Of a DNA stretch of 43,356 nucleotides, positions 30,756-37,782 are shown piece by piece. How positions within the stretch are numbered: the first letter of the stretch is position 1; every line of letters begins with the position of its first letter. The notes beneath the pieces were generated by a model, which worked only from the letters and a program-made list of their open reading frames with translations, had not been told where the DNA came from and searched no databases. A program made the translations under genes and the position numbers. This DNA is from an uncultured Clostridia bacterium (GTDB lineage Bacteria > Bacillota > Clostridia > Christensenellales > CAG-917): contig CANQZE010000002.1 in NCBI GenBank assembly GCA_947628255.1, forward strand, positions 1-43,356, given 5' to 3'.

Positions 30756-32363
30756 TCATATCTTTTCCAAATGCAAATTGGCGGTCAGCCACTTTTCTCT
30801 CACTCTTGGCATAAAGAACGACGATATGCTTAAAGTAACAACAAAGAGCAGCGCCCAAATGATTTTTTTGCCGAGCAATTGCCAACTTGTGGCGGTATAG
30901 CAGAGGCGATAGCCGTCTATGACCTTGCTGTTGCACTCCCAACGTCTATAGCGCGTGAGCGCCCAACAGGTGCCGATGCCGAACGTGACAATCGCCGTGA
31001 AGATCGACAATGTCAGCGTGCCGACATAGGTCTCAAGCGTGCTGTCAAGATAGCTCGCGCCTTCCTGCTCCTCTCCTTCGATGTGGATATGGGACGCATA
31101 CCACTTCTCCATCTTGTGATTTTTCCAGCCGGTGTACGCACCGATCGTGATGAACTGAAGCAACGTCCAACCGAACCACTTGCCGAAGATCTCCCCCGCC
31201 TTGCCGTCAAAGACAAGACGCTTGCCGTTGATGATCTTGTTGTTGTACTGCCATCTGAGAGTGCGACATTTTGCCCACATTGTACCCAAACCGAGCGTAA
31301 AGATGATCTGCAAGGAGTTGAGAATACATATCAGAAAATATTTGAAGCTATGTCCCGTAAATTCCGTATGGTCGGAATCGCTTGGAGACGCGGCGCTTGC
31401 GGCTTGCGGATCGTAATAGGGGTTTTTGAACTGCTTGCCGCAACCCGAACAGGCTACTACCTCATCTTTCGGATCGAGCGTAATCGCGGTCCCGCACGAG
31501 GGGCAATTGAGCGTGTGTATTTCGGGCGCTTGCACAATTGGCGCAGGAGTCAAAGCGACAGGAGCAGGAGTCAAAGCGACAGGAGCGGGTGCCGCGGCAA
31601 CGGGAGTGAGCGGAGTCGGCGCAGGTGCAACTGCAACGGGCGCAAGGGGCGCGGCGGGAGCCGCAACGGGAATCGGTGCGGGAATGGGCGCAGGAGCGGG
31701 AGCGATCGGTTGCGCGACTGCAACGGGTTGGGTCGCCGCGGGAGCAACATATCTGGGATTTTTGAATTGTTTGCCACAGCTCGCGCACGTAGCCGTCTCT
31801 TGAGACGACGTCGCCTCTATCGTAGCGCCGCACGCAGGACAGCGGAACTTGAAAGTATGTTCTTTCTCGGGAGCAGGTTGCGGAGTGGTGACAGAAGCAG
31901 GTGCGGGTACAGGACTCGGTGCAGGTGCAGGCGTGGGAACAGGACTCGGCGCGGGTGCAGGAGCAAGTGCCGGCGCAGGTGCAGGCTGTAGAGGCTTAGG
32001 CGCCGGTGTAAGCGCGGGCGCAGGAACCGGTGCGGGTGTAGGAATGGGGACCGGCTCGGCGGGTTTTTCCGCCGCGGGAGCCACATACTTCGGGTTTTTG
32101 AATTTCTTTCCGCAACTTGCGCACGTAACGGTCTCCTCAGACGACGACGCCGAAATGACGTTGCCGCATCCCGAACAACGGAATTTGAATACTTGCGCGC
32201 TTTCAAGCGGCGCCTTTTTCAAAGCGGGAGCGGGTTGAAGAGGCTGTGGTGCGGGGCGCAACGGTTGCGGCGCGGGCTGAAGAGGCCTTGCCGCAGGAGC
32301 AGGTTGCAAAGGTGTAGGCTGTGCCGGTCTGAGTCCCGGCGTTTGATCGAAATTATTTGCCAT
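30756..32363 (-). CDS. Membrane protein: three zinc-ribbon modules separated by Pro/Ala-rich linkers, fused to a C-terminal DUF898 (YjgN-like) tandem membrane domain
   Basis: 535 aa. Ribbons: FKFRCSGCG..x..CASCGKKFKNPKY, FKFRCPACG..x..CASCGKQFKNPRY and LNCPSCG..x..CSGCGKQFKNPYY. DUF898-like repeats: FTGHSFKYFLICILNSLQIIFTLGLGTMWAKCRTLRWQYNNKIINGKRLVFDG and a second copy, YVGTLTLSIFTAIVTFGIGTCWALTRYRRWECNSKVIDGYRL. GGAGG SD. Confidence 0.8.
   Translation of the reverse strand: MANNFDQTPGLRPAQPTPLQPAPAARPLQPAPQPLRPAPQPLQPAPALKKAPLESAQVFKFRCSGCGNVISASSSEETVTCASCGKKFKNPKYVAPAAEKPAEPVPIPTPAPVPAPALTPAPKPLQPAPAPALAPAPAPSPVPTPAPAPSPVPAPASVTTPQPAPEKEHTFKFRCPACGATIEATSSQETATCASCGKQFKNPRYVAPAATQPVAVAQPIAPAPAPIPAPIPVAAPAAPLAPVAVAPAPTPLTPVAAAPAPVALTPAPVALTPAPIVQAPEIHTLNCPSCGTAITLDPKDEVVACSGCGKQFKNPYYDPQAASAASPSDSDHTEFTGHSFKYFLICILNSLQIIFTLGLGTMWAKCRTLRWQYNNKIINGKRLVFDGKAGEIFGKWFGWTLLQFITIGAYTGWKNHKMEKWYASHIHIEGEEQEGASYLDSTLETYVGTLTLSIFTAIVTFGIGTCWALTRYRRWECNSKVIDGYRLCYTATSWQLLGKKIIWALLFVVTLSISSFFMPRVREKWLTANLHLEKI
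31544..31585. repeat. Perfect 21-bp in-frame tandem duplication inside the Pro/Ala-rich linker coding region
   Basis: CAGGAGTCAAAGCGACAGGAG occurs twice back to back (31544-31564 and 31565-31585). It encodes the duplicated peptide PVALTPA on the minus strand. Confidence 0.9.
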
Positions 32364-32443
32364 ATTTACCTCCGAAATCGAAAACGGTGGGTGACAGCGA
32401 TGGGCTACGCGGCGCTTGATACGCGCGCGTCAAACCTTCGGCT

Positions 32444-33130
32444 TCACTCCATATACGGATTTTGATATGCCGCGCCGCACTTCTCGCAAGTGATGATCGC
32501 TTGACCTTTGATCGCGGGGATCCTGCCGTGACATGCGGGACATTCAAGATAAGTGATGGGCGCTGCGGGAGCCGAAGCTGCTCTTGCGCCATTTGCCCTT
32601 TGCGCATTTTGTGCCTTTTGCGTATTTTGAGCTTTTTCTTTCTGCTTGGGAGCCGTAGCCTTCCCCTCGGCAGGCTGAGCCTCTTCCTTTCCTTTGAGGA
32701 AGCACGACGCGAGAAGCACAACGCCGATCAAGAACATTCCGATCCCGAACAAGAAATATGGTACGTAGGCACAATTCAAAGTGTTTATGGTCTTTTGATT
32801 GCTCGCAATGACCGAATCAAGATATTCAACGACGTCTTCATACTCGTTTGTGATTCTTACCGGAACGTTATCGCCCGAATATTCCGGATCGTAATAGGGA
32901 TTGTCATACGTATTGAAGATTTCTGCGGCATACTTGGTGTCCCATTCGTCATTCTCGTACATATACTTTGCCGTCTGCTTGAGATATTTTGCGTTTTCAA
33001 TCACGTTGCGATAATGGCTAAAGAGCTCGGAGTTTTGACTGACGGTAATGCCCTCGCAAATCACAATGCCCAACGCAACCGCAATGATGATAATTGCAAT
33101 GATCATCTTCATAAGTTTGTTCGTTTTCAT
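32444..33130 (-). CDS. Two-TM membrane protein with an extracytoplasmic Tyr/Glu/Asn-rich domain and a C-terminal zinc ribbon of the same type as the downstream gene
   Basis: 228 aa. TM1 MIIAIIIIAVALGIVI, TM2 YFLFGIGMFLIGVVLLASCFL, a Lys/Ala/Gln-rich linker, then YLECPACHG..x..CEKCGAAYQNPYME*. AAAGGAGA SD. Confidence 0.75.
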   Translation of the reverse strand: MKTNKLMKMIIAIIIIAVALGIVICEGITVSQNSELFSHYRNVIENAKYLKQTAKYMYENDEWDTKYAAEIFNTYDNPYYDPEYSGDNVPVRITNEYEDVVEYLDSVIASNQKTINTLNCAYVPYFLFGIGMFLIGVVLLASCFLKGKEEAQPAEGKATAPKQKEKAQNTQKAQNAQRANGARAASAPAAPITYLECPACHGRIPAIKGQAIITCEKCGAAYQNPYME

Positions 33131-33177
33131 TTTGTGTCTCCTTTGATTTTCTCGTTAAAATATATTAACTATTTTCA

Positions 33178-33206
33178 ATTATATTAAATAAAACTTAAAA
33201 GCGCAA
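33178..33206 (-). promoter_or_regulatory. Promoter candidate for the zinc-ribbon/DUF898 operon
   Basis: Minus strand: TTGCGC (33201-33206), a 17-nt spacer, then TATAAT (33178-33183), within a strongly AT-rich intergenic region. Confidence 0.5.
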
Positions 33207-33270
33207 TATCTGCATACAAAATTTTTTTACATTTGTCCGATATTTTTTCTTCTTACAGGTATTTGCGCGC

Positions 33271-33310
33271 AAAAATAAAAAATCGGACGAGAAAGCGTCT
33301 TCCCGTCCGA
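33271..33310 (-). terminator. Rho-independent terminator after the DUF1893 gene
   Basis: Minus-strand RNA UCGGACGGGAAG-ACGC-UUUCUCGUCCGA (about 11-12 bp including GU pairs), followed by UUUUUUAUUUUU. It lies 16 nt after the stop. Confidence 0.75.
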
Positions 33311-33325
33311 CAAATTCAAAATCGG

Positions 33326-33724
33326 CTAGATTATGCCAAGCTCCTTCAGCTTATTCTTTATCGCCTCCACGATGTCGGAGGGGTCGCAGTCCTTTGCCGC
33401 CTTCTCCATCGGACAGATGTCGTCGCCTCGGCGGTTGACGATGCGGGGGACGAGTTCTTCATATTCAAAAGGTATTTTGTAATACTCAAAAATTTCTTTG
33501 GCGCTCTCGCTGAGGACGCCCGCCTTGACGCTTTTCACGCCGCCGTAAACCATAAGCAACGCCGCCGCCCTGCCGACAATGCTGTCCTCAACGTCCGCAC
33601 CTTGCAAAATCTTGTCGTCGCTCGCCGCCGCCTGCCACAGATTTTTTATGCCGCGGTCGAAAAAACTCGCCGTTTGTCCGCGGTTTTTGATGATGAGATA
33701 GCTTCCTCTGCCGTCTAATGCCAT
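33326..33724 (-). CDS. DUF1893 (TM1506-like) domain protein
   Basis: 132 aa. The pattern GIKNLW...LQGADVEDSIVGRAAALLMVYGGVKSVKAGVLSESA...NRRGDDICPMEKA resembles the DUF1893 family. The call is from memory of the family pattern. Confidence 0.6.
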   Translation of the reverse strand: MALDGRGSYLIIKNRGQTASFFDRGIKNLWQAAASDDKILQGADVEDSIVGRAAALLMVYGGVKSVKAGVLSESAKEIFEYYKIPFEYEELVPRIVNRRGDDICPMEKAAKDCDPSDIVEAIKNKLKELGII

Positions 33725-33761
33725 ACCTTTCTACTCCGCCCTTCACGAGCCGTTACAGGTC

Positions 33762-33800
33762 AAAAACTCTCCGCTGTTTCCTACGAAAAGTCGGAGAGTT
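33762..33800 (-). terminator. Hairpin plus U-tract between the ECF-S-like gene and the DUF1893 gene (terminator or attenuator)
   Basis: Minus-strand RNA AACUCUCCG-(16 nt)-CGGAGAGUU followed by UUUUG. It lies 37 nt upstream of the DUF1893 ATG. Confidence 0.5.
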
Positions 33801-33839
33801 GTTCTTATAATTTCGGGATCCCGCCCAATTTGCAACCGT

Positions 33840-34406
33840 TCACTCCCTGTCCGCGCGCCTTGAGATCGCGTACACGCCGACGACGACAAGCGGGACGATG
33901 ATAAGTTGCAAATACAGTCCGACAAGTCCCGTCTGCGCCGAGGCTATCAGTGAGGCAAAGCTCCTGCCCGCGATAAGATTGTAGACGACATACGCCGACC
34001 TGCCCGCAACTTGCGCCGCAAGCACCGCGGGAAACGCCGCGCATACGTTCTTTTTCATAAGCGGGACAAAGGCTCCGCTCACCGCGCCGAATGCGGCAAG
34101 CTCCAACGTCATATACGGAAGCCTCTCCAGCGCAGGCATCGCGCTTGCCGCCGCAAGCGATGTTATCCCGAAACTGACGATCGGAGACAGCACGCCCACA
34201 AGCAAGCCCCAATGCCATCCGAGCAGACAGCCCGCAAGCACAACAGGCAGGTACATAGGCATCCACACCGAACCCGCCTGCGCGCCGCCTATGATATGCA
34301 CGATCTGCGGCAACCCTACGGCGAGCGCCGCAAGCACGATCGCAACGGCGCCTTTGACGGTCAACCTTGCGGGTGCGGACAACTTTTTCAGAACAGCGTC
34401 TATCAT
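33840..34406 (-). CDS. Small polytopic membrane protein, ECF-transporter S-component-like
   Basis: 188 aa with about 6 TM helices. WMPMYLPVVLAGCLLGWHWGLLVGVLSPIVSF resembles the conserved core of ECF S components. AAGGAGA SD. The substrate is unknown, and no ECF A/T genes are in the window. Confidence 0.55.
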   Translation of the reverse strand: MIDAVLKKLSAPARLTVKGAVAIVLAALAVGLPQIVHIIGGAQAGSVWMPMYLPVVLAGCLLGWHWGLLVGVLSPIVSFGITSLAAASAMPALERLPYMTLELAAFGAVSGAFVPLMKKNVCAAFPAVLAAQVAGRSAYVVYNLIAGRSFASLIASAQTGLVGLYLQLIIVPLVVVGVYAISRRADRE

Positions 34407-34461
34407 AATAAATTCTCCTTATCTTTGCGATAACGCGACTTTATTTTTCAAAATCGATATG

Positions 34462-34938
34462 TTAAACCTGCTTTTCGGTTTTATCTTCGCGCTCCACGTC
34501 CGATTCGCGAGTTTTGGTTTTTTCAAGCGCTTCTTCAACGGAAAGCAACCTGAGCGGCGGGCGCATTTCGAGGGTGGAAGGCTTTTGCTCGGCGACATCC
34601 AAGGCACTTTCTTTTTGAGCTTCCGAGGCGTTCTCGCCCTCTTTTCCCGCTTGGAGCGTCTCTTCGGCGGGTGTTTTGGAGATGAGTTCCATTATCCTTT
34701 TGTCCTCCTCTTCCTGCTCGGTCAGGCGCGTCCTGCGGCGGCGCTCCGCTTGATATCCCATAAACATCAGCACTGTCGCGGCGCCCGAAGCGAGGCTGAC
34801 TCCCAACGCGATAAGCCCCCACCACCACACCTTGACAAACAACACTACGGCAATGGCAAGCGCGCCGACGCATATCGCCGCCGTGACAGCCATAAGACTT
34901 GCCAGCCTCTTTGCTTTGGGAGAGATGTCCGATCTCAT
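34462..34938 (-). CDS. Hypothetical two-TM membrane protein with a charged C-terminal tail
   Basis: 158 aa with two adjacent hydrophobic helices (LMAVTAAICVGALAIAVVLFV and GLIALGVSLASGAATVLMFMGY), then an RRRR stop-transfer and a Glu/Lys-rich tail. Weak GGTGA SD. Confidence 0.55.
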   Translation of the reverse strand: MRSDISPKAKRLASLMAVTAAICVGALAIAVVLFVKVWWWGLIALGVSLASGAATVLMFMGYQAERRRRTRLTEQEEEDKRIMELISKTPAEETLQAGKEGENASEAQKESALDVAEQKPSTLEMRPPLRLLSVEEALEKTKTRESDVEREDKTEKQV

Positions 34939-35057
34939 ATTTCACCGCGCAGAAAGCGCTCATTTTTCTTTGCTCGCGCAACACGCGCGTGCGACCATAT
35001 TTCAAGATGACTTTTTATTGCCGCATATTTTTTTGACAATATAATGCTTTTTTCGAC

Positions 35058-36329
35058 TTATCCGAGCGTGACGTCCTCGGGCTTGATTTTGCCAAGTTTG
35101 CGCAACCCGAGATCCACAAGAAAGCTCGCCGCGGCGGGTATGACAAACAGGCACAATATCACGCCGAGCACTATGCGCCACGACGGCAACCCCGCCTGCG
35201 CGGACACGTCTATCGCGCGGAAAACGCCCACAAGTCCGCTTGTCCCCATTCCTCCGCCCGACGCGTCGCAACGAAGCCCGAAGAGGACCGCCGCCAACCC
35301 GGAAAGCGCGCTCGCGACGATCTCGGGCAACATTATGATGGGTTTTTTCATAATATTTGGGATCTGCAACATCGACGTGCCGATCCCCTGAGAGATCAGC
35401 CCCGCCAGCTTGTTTTCGCGGATGGTTGCGACCGCAAAACCTATCATATGCGCGGAGCATCCCGCAACAGCCGCGCCGCCCGCAATGGCGAAAGCGTCAG
35501 GATTTTCAAGCGCGATTGTGGATGTGGCGATGGCGACCCAGATCGCCGCCGAAGAGGTGGGCATCGTGAGCAATATGCCCATCACGATCGCCACAACTAT
35601 GCCCGTGATGACTTTGACCGCCGTCCCCGCCTCAATGAGCAGGACGATCGCCTGCGCAAAGAGGTCGAGCAGTTTGATGAAGGGCCACGCGAGGAATATC
35701 CCCGCGAAAGTCAGCGCCATCATCCCAAGAGGGACAAGCACGATGTCAAGTTTTGTCTTGCCCGCGTACAGCCCCGCTATCTCCACCGTGAACAGCGACA
35801 CGATGTAGGCTCCGATGGGATTGCCCACGCTCGCCGCCTTGAGCGGATCCAGCACGGCGATGTCAAACGCTACGCCGCTGACAAGCGTTTGAGTCAGTTG
35901 ACCCGCAAACGCGCCCACCATACCCGTGACCGCCGCCGAAAAAATGACCAACGGCTTTGCGGACAGCTTGTGCGCGATGCCGACGCCGATACCCGCGCCC
36001 ATCAGCACTTTTGCTATGCGCGAGATATAGTCCAGCGCGGTCGCAAAATTGCCCCGTCCGCACCAACTCGCTATCTGCGCGAGGATGGTCCCCGCAATGA
36101 GCGTGCAAAACAGCCCTTGCGCCATCCCCGTGAATGCGTCTATAAAATAGCGTTTGCAAAATTTTTTAATCGTCGCGGAAACGCTCTTTTTTTGCCTTTC
36201 GCCGAGGTATGACAACACGCCGCCTTCCTTCTCGGGCGCAGGCGATCCCTCGTTGTCGTCGGGCGCAAATGGAGATCCTCCCTCCTCGGGAATATCGCTA
36301 TCTTTGAAGTCGTTTTTTTCGATATCCAT
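35058..36329 (-). CDS. PTS_EIIC_2-like polytopic membrane protein with an acidic N-terminal extension
   Basis: 423 aa. FCKRYFIDAFTGMAQGLFCTLIAGTILAQI and repeated Gly/Ala-rich TM segments resemble stand-alone PTS EIIC-type (PF13303-like) proteins. No EIIA, EIIB or HPr genes are nearby. GAGGT SD. Confidence 0.6.
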   Translation of the reverse strand: MDIEKNDFKDSDIPEEGGSPFAPDDNEGSPAPEKEGGVLSYLGERQKKSVSATIKKFCKRYFIDAFTGMAQGLFCTLIAGTILAQIASWCGRGNFATALDYISRIAKVLMGAGIGVGIAHKLSAKPLVIFSAAVTGMVGAFAGQLTQTLVSGVAFDIAVLDPLKAASVGNPIGAYIVSLFTVEIAGLYAGKTKLDIVLVPLGMMALTFAGIFLAWPFIKLLDLFAQAIVLLIEAGTAVKVITGIVVAIVMGILLTMPTSSAAIWVAIATSTIALENPDAFAIAGGAAVAGCSAHMIGFAVATIRENKLAGLISQGIGTSMLQIPNIMKKPIIMLPEIVASALSGLAAVLFGLRCDASGGGMGTSGLVGVFRAIDVSAQAGLPSWRIVLGVILCLFVIPAAASFLVDLGLRKLGKIKPEDVTLG

Positions 36330-36370
36330 ACTTTACCTCGCTAAAAACCGCACATAAAACACGATTTTTG

Positions 36371-37684
36371 TCATTTGCTTGAGATCGTATGCATCTGCGC
36401 GTCCGTTGAAGGTTCGGGCGCGTATTTCGCGTCCGCCTTGATCGGCGCTATGTCCGAAAACAGTCTGAACACGGCGTTCACCGTCAGCATAAACAGTCGT
36501 CTTGTCAAATCCTCGCTCGGACGATCTCCGACGGAAAGCAGGGTCGCGCTGTTCACGCCCGCCTTCGCAAACGGAGTACTCATATAGCCGTGCAACTGCG
36601 ACAGCTTTTGCGCAAATCCCCCGTGCGGCACTGTGGAGACTTCCTCCCCCAACTCGTGCGCGGCGCCGCTGAGCGACGAGGCAAGCTGTGTGGAAAACCC
36701 CAAACGCCGTATAGGGTCGTACTCGGCAAGTTTAAGCTCGCCGCCCGCCATCTCGGCAAGGCAAATGACATATGCGTCCGCAAACTCGGGATGCGCCCTG
36801 CAAAACGCCTCTTCGCCGCCGTGTCCCGCGTTTTCCGCGCCGAAGGACGCATACACGATCCGAACGTCGTCGGGCAACAGCTCGGGCTGTTCGGCAAAAT
36901 AGGAGTATGTTGCCATAGCGACGCAGGTGGATATGCCGTTGGACGGCTTTGCGTGCCGTTTGAGCGGCGAATAGTGCAACAGCGTGACGACCACGCCCAT
37001 CACGCCCAACACAGCGGGTATCACCGTGAGCAACGTGATCTTGGCAGACTCGTCAGGCGCCTCGGTGCCTATCGCCATCTTGAGAATGCAAAAAAGGATG
37101 AATACAAACGCGCTGATGGGGCTGAGCCACACCGTGAGACGGCGCAGTATGCCGTAATCGCGCAAAACGCTGCCCTGCATAGCGTCGTGGTTGTCCGCTA
37201 TGACGATGACGCGCTCCTTGACGTCCTTGTCGCGGTTTTTGGGAAATTCGCTGACGACGTTGTAGGAGATCTCTTGCCGAAGCAGCGCGGATGGACGCTT
37301 CGCTCCCAAAAACAGGAGAAGGATCACCGTGCAACCGATGAGGAAATTGAGCAACGCGACCAGCGTGATCAAAATGCCCGCAAGCCTGCCGCCGATGAAC
37401 GAAATGTAATATATCACATACGACAGGATATACCAAAGCCCAAGCATATAAAAACTGCCCCTGCCCAGCGACGGTCTTGCGCGAAACGCTTCCAAACGGA
37501 CGGGGACGTCCGTCTCCTCTTCCAGACGAGAGCGGATCGTGCGCGCGCACTCCGTCTCCTCTTCCGTCCCGGGGAGTCTGCCCTCGATCTTCTGCAATCT
37601 ATGCGAAAAGTCGTGCGCAAACTCCAACGCCGCGCCGACGCTCTCTTCCGAGATCTTCTGCTTTGACAACTCCATAATATCCAT
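36371..37684 (-). CDS. Membrane protein with degenerate M28-peptidase-like blocks
   Basis: The start is set at the ATG at 37684 (MDIMELSKQ), 7 nt after a TGC-TATAAT box. VIVIADNHDAMQGS and FGAENAGHGGEEAF resemble M28 metal-ligand blocks and are interrupted by about 5 TM helices. Family assignment is tentative. Confidence 0.6.
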   Translation of the reverse strand: MDIMELSKQKISEESVGAALEFAHDFSHRLQKIEGRLPGTEEETECARTIRSRLEEETDVPVRLEAFRARPSLGRGSFYMLGLWYILSYVIYYISFIGGRLAGILITLVALLNFLIGCTVILLLFLGAKRPSALLRQEISYNVVSEFPKNRDKDVKERVIVIADNHDAMQGSVLRDYGILRRLTVWLSPISAFVFILFCILKMAIGTEAPDESAKITLLTVIPAVLGVMGVVVTLLHYSPLKRHAKPSNGISTCVAMATYSYFAEQPELLPDDVRIVYASFGAENAGHGGEEAFCRAHPEFADAYVICLAEMAGGELKLAEYDPIRRLGFSTQLASSLSGAAHELGEEVSTVPHGGFAQKLSQLHGYMSTPFAKAGVNSATLLSVGDRPSEDLTRRLFMLTVNAVFRLFSDIAPIKADAKYAPEPSTDAQMHTISSK

Positions 37685-37691
37685 AAATTTG

Positions 37692-37721
37692 ATTATAGCA
37701 CACATCGCTTGCATTTTGCAA
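37692..37721 (-). promoter_or_regulatory. Extended -10 promoter positioned for a leaderless transcript
   Basis: Minus strand: TTGCAA (37716-37721), an 18-nt spacer, then TGC-TATAAT (37692-37700). The ATG at 37684 follows 7 nt later. It lies directly downstream of the terminator at 37736-37760. Confidence 0.5.
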
Positions 37722-37735
37722 GGGCTTACTTAAGC

Positions 37736-37760
37736 AAAAAGCGAGGGCGGAAGCCCTCGC
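37736..37760 (-). terminator. Rho-independent terminator after the 756-aa lipoprotein gene (bidirectional shape)
   Basis: GCGAGGGC-GGAA-GCCCTCGC flanked by AAAAA on one side and TTTT on the other. On the minus strand the stem is followed by UUUUUGCUU, 23 nt after the stop. Confidence 0.8.
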
Positions 37761-37782
37761 TTTTGGATCGCGATTTGCGCGA

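Noticed and set aside
31420-32340. A repetitive region that superficially resembles a repeat array (CRISPR or minisatellite).
   Set aside because: The repeats are in frame, of unequal length, and encode Pro/Ala linkers and zinc-ribbon modules of a well-supported CDS. There is no repeat-spacer regularity and there are no cas genes.
35033-35045. TTGACA and TATAAT hexamers on the plus strand, with an ATG-initiated 115-codon ORF (35044-35391).
   Set aside because: The two hexamers are only 1 nt apart, so they cannot act as a -35/-10 pair. The ORF is antisense to the EIIC-like gene and its translation lacks any recognisable motif or SD.
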